40,000 bases of DNA from Morganella psychrotolerans (GCF_965118875.1 NZ_CBCPJD010000009.1:109688-149687); one strand, 5' to 3'. Shown: positions 17,388-24,689, numbered from the stretch's first letter. Numbers and translations: made by a program. The notes: a model not told the origin generated them from the sequence alone.

Positions 17388-17416
17388 TTGATTAAAAACA
17401 ACTATAGTTTTATTAT
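17388..17416 (+). promoter_or_regulatory. pR-like promoter with operator
   Basis: TTGATT (17388-17393), a 17-nt spacer, then TATTAT (17411-17416). Operator ACAAC-TATA-GTTTT (17398-17411) sits in the spacer and -10. A GTTGT half-site (17384-17388) abuts the -35, as at pL. Confidence 0.6.
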
Positions 17417-17439
17417 GTAAAAATAAAACGGAGGTTGTT

Positions 17440-17694
17440 ATGAATGTAGCGATTAAAACCGCAATAGGTTTGCTCGGCACTCAGCAAAAACTTGCAGATG
17501 CTTGTGGCGTGACTCAGCAGGCGGTTTACAAGTGGTTAAAAAATAAATCCCGGGTATCCCCTGAGATTGTCCCTCTGATTGTGAAGTCAACGAATGGCAT
17601 CGTTCGTGCCTGCGAAATCCGCCCTGATTTACCTGAGTTATTTGGGGAATGTCATGTATCCGAACCAAAACACACTGATGAGGTATCACCATGA
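17440..17694 (+). CDS. cro: Cro/YdaS-type HTH regulator
   Basis: 84 aa. GTQQKLADACGVTQQAVYKWLK is a Cro-like HTH. SD GGAGG. It is divergent from cI. Confidence 0.75.
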   Translation: MNVAIKTAIGLLGTQQKLADACGVTQQAVYKWLKNKSRVSPEIVPLIVKSTNGIVRACEIRPDLPELFGECHVSEPKHTDEVSP

Positions 17695-18506
17695 GACCGT
17701 CTGATTTGTTACTGGATTTCGGGCACCCGGTTGCCTACTACCCTGGGTTGGTTAAATCTATGGGCAGTCCCCACGCGGTTATTTTTTTCAGCCAGATCTT
17801 TTACTGGCACGATAAGGCATTTTCAGATTTCGGGGTTCATAAAACCCGGGAAGAGATTGAGCAGGAAACGGGACTGAGTTTTGAACAACAGGCTACAGCC
17901 CGGAAGCAACTGGTATCCCGCGGGATTTTGATTGAAACAAACCGCCGTCTTGAGCACAAAATTTATTACCGTATTGACTGCGAAAAGCTGGATGAAATTA
18001 TCACCGGAAACACACCTGCTTCGCGAAACCATGAAACCACTTTTCCCGAAACAGGGAAACCCGTTTTCGGGGAAGCGGGAAACCCTTCGTCGGGGAGTGG
18101 GGAAACCCCTCGTCGCGGATCGGCAGATCCCGATTTCGATCCTTCAGAGATTACTACAGAGAATACTACAGAGATTACTAATGGCCGCGAAAACGCGGGA
18201 AATAAAAAATCTCAGCCTGCACCAACAAAAAATAAAACAAAAAAACATGTCATGCCAGAGGATTTTTCTCCGACTGAAAAACATCGGGAATTAGCTCAGG
18301 AGACCGGGATGAATTTGCAGGATGAATTTCAGAAGTTCACCGACTACCACCTCAGCAAAGGGTCATTGTTTGCTGACTGGGGGCGGGCACTGAATACCTG
18401 GCTTCGCAACGCAAAGTCATTTCGTGGAGGGTATCAGCGTCAGCAGCCGCAAACGCGGGGAGGTATCTTCCAGTGCCCTGACGGAACAATCATTATCGAC
18501 AGGTGA
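17691..18506 (+). CDS. Replication initiator-like protein (N-terminal winged-helix, C-terminal DnaT-like domain)
   Basis: 271 aa. Its start overlaps the cro stop (ATGA). It contains iterons inside the coding sequence, like lambda O. The C-terminus (FTDYHLSKGSLFADWGRALNTWLRNAKSF) resembles DnaT/replication-protein C-terminal domains. Confidence 0.6.
   Translation: MRPSDLLLDFGHPVAYYPGLVKSMGSPHAVIFFSQIFYWHDKAFSDFGVHKTREEIEQETGLSFEQQATARKQLVSRGILIETNRRLEHKIYYRIDCEKLDEIITGNTPASRNHETTFPETGKPVFGEAGNPSSGSGETPRRGSADPDFDPSEITTENTTEITNGRENAGNKKSQPAPTKNKTKKHVMPEDFSPTEKHRELAQETGMNLQDEFQKFTDYHLSKGSLFADWGRALNTWLRNAKSFRGGYQRQQPQTRGGIFQCPDGTIIIDR
18031..18180 (+). repeat. Candidate ori: 23-bp-spaced iterons plus three tandem 12-mers
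   Basis: The 20-bp iteron GGGAAACCC-N-TTCG-N-CGGGGA occurs at 18054, 18077 and 18100, with a degenerate copy at 18031. Then CAGAGA(T/A)TACTA x3 occurs in tandem at 18145-18180. Confidence 0.65.
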
Positions 18507-18511
18507 TTACC

Positions 18512-18619
18512 ATGAAATCCCGGATTAAGGCGTTGTTGATGTTTGGATATAACCACGGGCTGATCGGGGCTGACACAGTAAGTTTTTGGTTCAGGAAGTT
18601 GGATTTGAGGGCGGCATAG
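18512..18619 (+). CDS. Possible small coupled ORF (35 aa)
   Basis: ATG 18512 is preceded by AGGTGA. It encodes MKSRIKALLMFGYNHGLIGADTVSFWFRKLDLRAA. Its TAG overlaps the GTG of the primase-helicase (TAGTG). It is below the ORF-track size cutoff. Confidence 0.35.
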   Translation: MKSRIKALLMFGYNHGLIGADTVSFWFRKLDLRAA

Positions 18620-20505
18620 TGACACCTAACGAATTATCAGAAAAATTATGGGACAGTGCCGATCGGGTAGCGAAGTATCTGCTGCCGAACGGTCGCGTTG
18701 ATGGTCACGAATGGGTTGCCGGAAACGTCGGTGGTGAATCCGGGAAAAGCCTGAAAATCAATCTGGCCGGCAAAAAAGTCTGGTCTGATTTTGCAACCGG
18801 TCAGACTGGTGATCTGCTGGATCTTTGGGTCGCGACCCGGAGTTGCTCATTGCACCAGGCGATGACTGAGGCGAAGGAGTTTATGGGTATCCGGGATGAG
18901 GATCACCACTTTGCGGCGAAACAGAAAAAAGCGTTTTCAAAACCAGACCGCAAAGCACTGAGTAAAAATCTGCGTAAACCGGATGGGTGCTACGCCTATC
19001 TGGAGGGCCGGGGTATTTCGCGTGAGGTTGCCGAGCTATTCAAGGTCAGTGACGCGGTGGTGTGGTCTCACGATGACAGCCGGGAACTTCCGGCGGTGGC
19101 ATTTCCCTATGAGCGTGACGGTGAGTTGCTGCAGGTAAAGCGGATCGGCACAGAACGTCCGGGCGGGAAAAAAATAATCATGGCAGAAGCAGGGTGTGAG
19201 CCGTGTTTATTTGGCTGGCAGGCACTGAGCCATGATGCACGGGCTGTCATCATTTGTGAAGGTGAGATTGATTGCCTGAGTTACCGGCAGTATGGGTTAT
19301 CGGCGCTGTCGGTCCCGTTCGGCGGCGGTAAAGGGGCGAAGCAGCAGTGGATTGAAACAGAGTTTCACAATCTGGATCGATTTACGGAGATCTGGCTGTC
19401 TCTCGATAACGATGACGTGGGGCGCGAAGCGGCAAAAGAAATAGCTTCCCGGCTGGGTGAGTACCGCTGCCGCATGGTTAACCTGCCGCACAAAGATGTC
19501 AACGAATGCCTTCAGGCCGGAGTGAGTCAGAAGGACATTGTGTCCTGCCTCGAAACGGCTGCCTATTTTGACCCGGAAGAGCTGTTTTGTGCCCGTGAGT
19601 TTTATCAGGACACCTGGGATGCTTTGTACGGAAAAGAGCAGTATTTATTCCGGACACCGTGGGAACCGATGAACTACAACTTTAGTTTCCGGGAATCGGA
19701 GCTGACTGTGCTTAACGGTGTGAACGGACACGGGAAAACAGAAATTGCCGGACACATTGTCTGTGAGGCTATGAGGCAGGGCGTAAGATCCTGTGTAGCT
19801 TCCCTGGAACTCAAACCCGGCATGCTGCTGAAGCGCCTGACGCGGCAGGTTACCTGCCAGGCAAAGCCACCTCAGATTGAGTTTGAGTCGTCCTTCAAAT
19901 TTTATGATGATCGGCTATGGCTGTTTGGACTCACCGGAAATGCGAAAGGTGAGCGCTTGCTTGAAATCTTTTATTACGCCAACCGTCGGTACGGGATCAA
20001 GTTATTTATCGTAGACAGTCTGACTAAGGTTGTTTGCGGGGATGATGATTATAACGGGCAGAAAGCATTCATGGACGCTCTATGTGATTTTAAGAACAAA
20101 ACAAACAGCCACGTAATTTTAGTCACGCACAGCCGGAAATCAGACAGTGAAGATAAGCCCACCGGAAAAATGGACGTGAAAGGGACAGGGGCGATTACTG
20201 ACCTTGCTGACAACGTGATGATTATCTGGCGTAACAAGCGCCGGGAAAAGGCACTGGAAAAACAAAAATACCACAGCCAGCTGACCGACCAGGATCAGGA
20301 AGCTATCGAAAAGCCCGGGTCGATGTTATTGCTGGAAAAACAGCGGAACGGGGAAGGGTGGGAAGGTGGTACCGGATTATATCTTGATTCTGCTTCACAT
20401 CAGTTTCTGACTAAAGAAGATGCTTCACCTTACAACTATTTCGCCAACATGCCGGCTTCAGATTATGACGAGGTGTGGAAAATGCAGAATGTAACTGAAT
20501 ACTGA
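18619..20505 (+). CDS. Bifunctional primase-helicase (Toprim + DnaB/RecA-like ATPase)
   Basis: Toprim-like blocks are VIICEGEIDCLS and WLSLDNDDVGREAA. Walker A is LNGVNGHGKTE and Walker B is LFIVDSL. The start is probably GTG 18619 (SD GAGGG); the ORF-track start at 18586 is a TTG. Confidence 0.8.
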   Translation: MTPNELSEKLWDSADRVAKYLLPNGRVDGHEWVAGNVGGESGKSLKINLAGKKVWSDFATGQTGDLLDLWVATRSCSLHQAMTEAKEFMGIRDEDHHFAAKQKKAFSKPDRKALSKNLRKPDGCYAYLEGRGISREVAELFKVSDAVVWSHDDSRELPAVAFPYERDGELLQVKRIGTERPGGKKIIMAEAGCEPCLFGWQALSHDARAVIICEGEIDCLSYRQYGLSALSVPFGGGKGAKQQWIETEFHNLDRFTEIWLSLDNDDVGREAAKEIASRLGEYRCRMVNLPHKDVNECLQAGVSQKDIVSCLETAAYFDPEELFCAREFYQDTWDALYGKEQYLFRTPWEPMNYNFSFRESELTVLNGVNGHGKTEIAGHIVCEAMRQGVRSCVASLELKPGMLLKRLTRQVTCQAKPPQIEFESSFKFYDDRLWLFGLTGNAKGERLLEIFYYANRRYGIKLFIVDSLTKVVCGDDDYNGQKAFMDALCDFKNKTNSHVILVTHSRKSDSEDKPTGKMDVKGTGAITDLADNVMIIWRNKRREKALEKQKYHSQLTDQDQEAIEKPGSMLLLEKQRNGEGWEGGTGLYLDSASHQFLTKEDASPYNYFANMPASDYDEVWKMQNVTEY

Positions 20506-20514
20506 GGATAAAAA

Positions 20515-21294
20515 ATGAAACTCGAAAGCGCATTAAAACAATTTCATCCGAAATCACCGACATTCAGCGACAGCTCAAACTCTACGGCACCGGACAGACT
20601 GAAAGGCATGGATTCAGCCGCGGCAATGGGGATGGCGTCACAAAAGGCGGCGTTCGGGATGCATGCGTTCTTTGGTAAAAATGATGTCAGCGCGGAAGAC
20701 GATAATATCACTGTCAAAATGCTGACTCTGTATGCAATGAAAACAGCCCCGAAGTTGGTGGTTAAAGCTGCCGGCAATCGTCTGGCTCAGTGTATGGATA
20801 AACTTGCAACGGCTGCCTTTGCCGATTATGCCCGTTCAGCTGGTTCGGCCTGTGAGTGTCAGGACTGTGGCGGAAAGGGATTGATTTATAGCCGGAAAGA
20901 TGTAGTGAAACATCCGGGCATCATCAACATGGAAGGTATAGAGATTGTTGAGCCGATTATCCGTAATGAACTGGTAGGCGAGCTGTGCATGACCTGTAAC
21001 GGGAAAGGACAATTAACCTACCGGTGTCAGTGCAGAGGCCGGGGTAAAGTTCCCGATGAAGAGCAGACGTTGTTACAAGGCGTTCCGGTTATTAAAAATT
21101 GCCCGCGTTGTTCCGGAAGGGGTTACCGGCGGGTGCCATCGTCTGTGGCATACAATGCAATTAAGCACCTGGTTCCTGATTTGACTCAATCCAGCTGGTC
21201 ACGAAACTGGAAACCATTTTACGAGGAGTTAACAGGAAAGTGTTATATTGAGGAGAATAAAGCAGAGATATTTTTCAATAAAGTCACTCGCTAA
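20515..21294 (+). CDS. Q: Late-gene antiterminator Q (zinc-finger type)
   Basis: 259 aa. It is the last gene of the rightward early operon. It has four Cys motifs: CQDCGGKG, CMTCNGKG, CQCRGRG, CPRCSGRG. This fits the phage antitermination protein Q family as I recall it. Confidence 0.65.
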   Translation: MKLESALKQFHPKSPTFSDSSNSTAPDRLKGMDSAAAMGMASQKAAFGMHAFFGKNDVSAEDDNITVKMLTLYAMKTAPKLVVKAAGNRLAQCMDKLATAAFADYARSAGSACECQDCGGKGLIYSRKDVVKHPGIINMEGIEIVEPIIRNELVGELCMTCNGKGQLTYRCQCRGRGKVPDEEQTLLQGVPVIKNCPRCSGRGYRRVPSSVAYNAIKHLVPDLTQSSWSRNWKPFYEELTGKCYIEENKAEIFFNKVTR

Positions 21295-21335
21295 TTATTG
21301 AATGAATTGTACCGGTTTAATGCACTTAACCGGTA

Positions 21336-21364
21336 TTGATATTAATTAACTTAAATGAAATAAT
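21336..21364 (+). promoter_or_regulatory. Candidate sigma70 promoter downstream of Q
   Basis: TTGATA (21336-21341), a 17-nt spacer, then AATAAT (21359-21364). It is preceded by the inverted repeat accggtt-N10-aaccggt (21311-21334). Confidence 0.4.
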
Positions 21365-21390
21365 TATGCATAACTGTGAGGTGGCTAGCT

Positions 21391-21981
21391 GTGAAGAAAA
21401 TTAAACTCTTATTATGTGTATTGATTGGCATTGGCGGAACCCTGGCTTATCAGTGGGTTTTCCCGCCATTTGGTAATCCGTACTATTTTTTATCCCCGAA
21501 AATAACTATCGGCGAACCTATCGATATTCCTATCAAGCTCTATGAGAAGGGTTATGAAGTTGATTTTGTGTTTTGGAATACACCATTACCCGAAGGAAGA
21601 ATGTTTTTTATAACGCCTTTGCAGTCACCATCCCCTCATGTTATCTTGAAGCTAAGTAAAAACAAAGACGTTACTGATACTGATATTTTTTATCCATCTG
21701 ATTTATTTGCAAAGAATGGTATTCTTGGTGACATTAACAACGAACCAATATTCAATGTTGAATTGTATAGAATAAATTCTGATTTAACAGAGAGCATGAT
21801 ATCAAGCAGAATAATAACCAAGAATTCACCTGGTGGGGTAGATTCACTATCTCCATTGACTAGTAACAAGTCTGATTATGGTCAATATCGTATAAAAGTT
21901 AAAGTTATGGGAGACTGGCCGCAATTAAAAATTGACGGATTAAGTTATTTTGTTTCTATTAGCACCTATTTCAATAAATAA
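21391..21981 (+). CDS. Signal-anchored / exported beta-rich protein, unknown function (196 aa)
   Basis: GTG 21391 follows GAGGTGG at 7-nt spacing. The N-terminus (KKIKLLLCVLIGIGGTLAYQ) is a signal peptide or membrane anchor. The rest is rich in alternating beta-type sequence. Very AT-rich: 17 G+C in 21661-21720. Confidence 0.6.
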   Translation: MKKIKLLLCVLIGIGGTLAYQWVFPPFGNPYYFLSPKITIGEPIDIPIKLYEKGYEVDFVFWNTPLPEGRMFFITPLQSPSPHVILKLSKNKDVTDTDIFYPSDLFAKNGILGDINNEPIFNVELYRINSDLTESMISSRIITKNSPGGVDSLSPLTSNKSDYGQYRIKVKVMGDWPQLKIDGLSYFVSISTYFNK

Positions 21982-21986
21982 AAATC

Positions 21987-22943
21987 ATGGAACCAAAAAA
22001 TAAAACTGAAGATTTACTTGTATACATAGCAAATCAGGATGACACAAAGATAGAGCATAAAAAAATACTGATTGAGCACAGTGCTTATCCAAGTAAAAGA
22101 AACAACGCTACCGTGGGTGCTTGTCAAACCTGCTTTCCACCAGATGCGAGGACAGAATTTGTTGAGCATATCCTGCGTTCGTTGGGGACACGATATACGG
22201 TGACAATCTATATTGCTTACCCAGGAACACCGCTAAATGATAATGATGGTGAGCCATATATAAAAAATGGTAAACGAGTTGTTTCAGTTGCTGGGCATAT
22301 GTGGTTTCATGTTCATGAACTAGAGCCAATATCAAAGAAAATAAATTCAGATAAAAGTAAAGCATTCGGCTTTATGCCTAAAACGTCATTACCATTCGGT
22401 GATGGAATGGTTATTAATAAAGACACTATCCATTATGAAAACCCTCATTACCGGAGAATTATTGAAATCAGCGAGGAACAGCATCAACAGTTATTAAATT
22501 ACGGAAAATCAGCACAAGAAGGAACCAACCCGGATTTTAGTTTGCTCTATGTCGGCTCATCGAATAGCTGTATTGATTTCACCTGGAAATCACTTCGCAG
22601 CGCATCATTGCTTCCTGATCCGATTGAGTGCGGTATGTTTGATTTACGGCGCGAACATTGTGATCCCCGCGTGGTGATTGACCATAAGAGAAAAGGCACA
22701 TTTGAGGGGATGATGCTTGTGGGGAATAACATTATTCATGTGAGGTCTATAAAAGATCCCTATCCTCACAGTGAACTAAATATGGAAATTATTAATGACC
22801 TGCCATCTGACAGTATATTACGAGGATCAGACCCAAAATCAGAACCATTAAAAGAGAAGAAAGAAGTTAAAGTTATTGATACACCGCCCAGCCCAAATTA
22901 TGGTGCCGACCAGTTTTTTGGGGATTGGAATAAATATAGTTAG
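21987..22943 (+). CDS. Unknown 318-aa protein with His-then-Cys motif order (possible permuted papain-fold enzyme)
   Basis: No signal peptide. The motifs are VAGHMWFHVHE...AFGF and later LLYVGSSNSCIDFTWKSL. This recalls the PPPDE / LRAT / YiiX pattern (His box, then Y-x4-5-N-x-C-x-x-F). The functional call is tentative. Confidence 0.55.
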   Translation: MEPKNKTEDLLVYIANQDDTKIEHKKILIEHSAYPSKRNNATVGACQTCFPPDARTEFVEHILRSLGTRYTVTIYIAYPGTPLNDNDGEPYIKNGKRVVSVAGHMWFHVHELEPISKKINSDKSKAFGFMPKTSLPFGDGMVINKDTIHYENPHYRRIIEISEEQHQQLLNYGKSAQEGTNPDFSLLYVGSSNSCIDFTWKSLRSASLLPDPIECGMFDLRREHCDPRVVIDHKRKGTFEGMMLVGNNIIHVRSIKDPYPHSELNMEIINDLPSDSILRGSDPKSEPLKEKKEVKVIDTPPSPNYGADQFFGDWNKYS

Positions 22944-23008
22944 TTCCCAGGGGGATATGACACGCTTGTTGGATGTTTAATTTATAGCTGTGCATTTATA
23001 CATGTTAG

Positions 23009-23037
23009 TTGCTTTTTGCATAAATCCGTTATATCAT
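23009..23037 (+). promoter_or_regulatory. Candidate promoter (possible pR'-like late promoter or small-RNA promoter)
   Basis: TTGCTT (23009-23014), a 17-nt spacer, then TATCAT (23032-23037). A second -10-like TAAATA sits at 23041-23046. It lies about 50 nt upstream of a strong terminator. Confidence 0.3.
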
Positions 23038-23085
23038 CTCTAAATAGTGGGCATCTTACGGTTAGCGCACTACGAAAATCCTAAG

Positions 23086-23109
23086 CCTCGCGATCGCGGG
23101 GTTTTTTTA
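23086..23109 (+). terminator. Rho-independent terminator
   Basis: cctcgc-GATC-gcgggg is a 6-bp stem (23086-23101). It is followed by TTTTTTTAT. Confidence 0.8.
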
Positions 23110-23294
23110 TACCTGAAATTTAAAGGTGAGAAATCCCACCTTTAACTATTCTCATGCTGTGAAATGGGCGGCTGGTGGGTGTTGATAGCACCTTCCCAGC
23201 CATTCACCCGTTCTTGACGATCACGGATAAACCAAGGCCCACTGCTTATGTCGACAAAGCGGAGTAAGCCTACCAAAAAAGGTTCTCCTGATCT

Positions 23295-24332
23295 ATGAAA
23301 AACCCTGTTAATTTAAACAGTATAAATTTAGTCAATGATGACTCTCTCTGCTACATAAAGACACTTCCAGACAATTGCATTGACCTAATAGCAACTGACC
23401 CGCCTTATTTCCAAGTTAAAAGCTGTAGCTGGGATAATCAGTGGGAAAATGTCGGCGCATATTTATCATGGCTGGATGAAATGCTGGTGGAGTTCTGGCG
23501 GGTATTGAAGCCGAACGGCAGTCTGTATTTATTTTGCGGATCGCGGTTAGCGTCAGATACTGAATTATTAGTGCGGGCGCGGTTTGATGTCCTGAGCCAC
23601 ATTATATGGGCGAAACCATCAGGACCGTGGCGTAGACAGAATAAAGAAAGCCTGCGTAGCTACTTCCCGTCAACAGAACGGATCTTGTTTGCCGGGCACT
23701 ACCAGGGGCCGGTCATGGGTAAAGGCAGTGAATATCATCAGCGGCGGGAAGAATTGAAGAAAAACGTATTTACCCCGCTGATTGAGTATTTTAAGCAGGC
23801 ACGTGATGCGCTGGGTATTACAGCAAAAGATATTCAGCAGGCGACCGGTAAGCAGATGTCCTCTCATTGGTTTGGGTATAGTCAGTGGCAATTACCGAAT
23901 GAGGCTGATTACCTGAAACTGCAGGTACTGTTTCAACGTGTAGCGGCAGATCATCAACGAAATAACCCGCTAAGCCGTGAACACGGTGACCTGGTCAGTG
24001 AGCAATACGCTCTCCGGCGTGAATATCACGAATTATCAGATCAGTATCAGCTGCTGCGTCGTTACTTTGCGGTATCGGTCGATGTGCCTTATACGGATGT
24101 GTGGACGTTTCCACCGGTTCAGTATTATCCCGGAAAGCATCCGTGTGAAAAGCCATCCGCAATGATGGAGCACATTATAAAAGCCAGCAGCCGTGAAAGT
24201 GATCTGGTCGCTGATTTCTTTATGGGGTCAGGCGCAACACTGAAAGCCGCGCTGAAGCACAACCGGCGCGTTCTGGGTGTGGAAATGGAAACGGAACGGT
24301 TTGAGCAGACTAAGAAAGAGATAATGTATTGA
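23295..24332 (+). CDS. Orphan DNA methyltransferase (beta-class N6-A/N4-C, motif IV before motif I)
   Basis: 345 aa. DPPY (LIATDPPYF) is near the N-terminus. The AdoMet motif FFMGSGATLKAA is near the C-terminus. No adjacent endonuclease-like gene is recognisable. Confidence 0.85.
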   Translation: MKNPVNLNSINLVNDDSLCYIKTLPDNCIDLIATDPPYFQVKSCSWDNQWENVGAYLSWLDEMLVEFWRVLKPNGSLYLFCGSRLASDTELLVRARFDVLSHIIWAKPSGPWRRQNKESLRSYFPSTERILFAGHYQGPVMGKGSEYHQRREELKKNVFTPLIEYFKQARDALGITAKDIQQATGKQMSSHWFGYSQWQLPNEADYLKLQVLFQRVAADHQRNNPLSREHGDLVSEQYALRREYHELSDQYQLLRRYFAVSVDVPYTDVWTFPPVQYYPGKHPCEKPSAMMEHIIKASSRESDLVADFFMGSGATLKAALKHNRRVLGVEMETERFEQTKKEIMY

Positions 24333-24430
24333 TATCATTTAATTCCCGCACAGCTCCGGAGTAGCCCCTGTCATTGGTCATTGATTCAGTGACTAACGAA
24401 CATCATCGATAACATATTGATTTAATTACC

Positions 24431-24472
24431 GGAGGTCACAGTGACCTCCCGTGATACGGGAAAATCTCGTAT
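24431..24472. repeat. 19-bp palindrome followed by a hairpin element also found at 27268
   Basis: ggaggtcac-a-gtgacctcc occupies 24431-24449. atacggg-aaaat-ctcgtat follows at 24454-24472. Confidence 0.6.
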
Positions 24473-24530
24473 GTATGTAACACATTGATATTGTTCCGAT
24501 GCCGGAATTCCGATAGCGAGGTAATGATGC

Positions 24531-24689
24531 ATGACGAATTTGAAGGATTCTAAATATCCGACCAGAGCCGATGCAGCCAAAGCACCGCCTTATACTGAGC
24601 GCGATAGGTTATCGGAAGAAGAACGGGCAGAGCGAAGCCGGAAGTTTAATGCCGCATTGCTGTTTGGTAATGGATATTTTGAGCTTTAA
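24531..24689 (+). CDS. Possible small protein (52 aa) upstream of the holin
   Basis: The ATG is preceded by GAGG (24518-24521). It encodes MTNLKDSKYPTRADAAKAPPYTERDRLSEEERAERSRKFNAALLFGNGYFEL. It is followed by a 9-bp-stem hairpin (24694-24718). It is below the ORF-track cutoff. Confidence 0.35.
   Translation: MTNLKDSKYPTRADAAKAPPYTERDRLSEEERAERSRKFNAALLFGNGYFEL

Noticed and set aside
17289-17480. 63-aa minus-strand ORF spanning the cI-cro intergenic region
   Set aside because: It covers the divergent promoters and operators and overlaps the 5' ends of both cI and cro. It has no SD and is an artefact of the AT-rich intergenic sequence.
22943-23294. Whether the 318-aa protein plus the downstream methylase form a type II restriction-modification pair
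   Set aside because: A strong terminator and 350 bp separate them. Their base composition differs sharply, and I could not find a convincing PD-(D/E)xK or HNH motif in the 318-aa protein.
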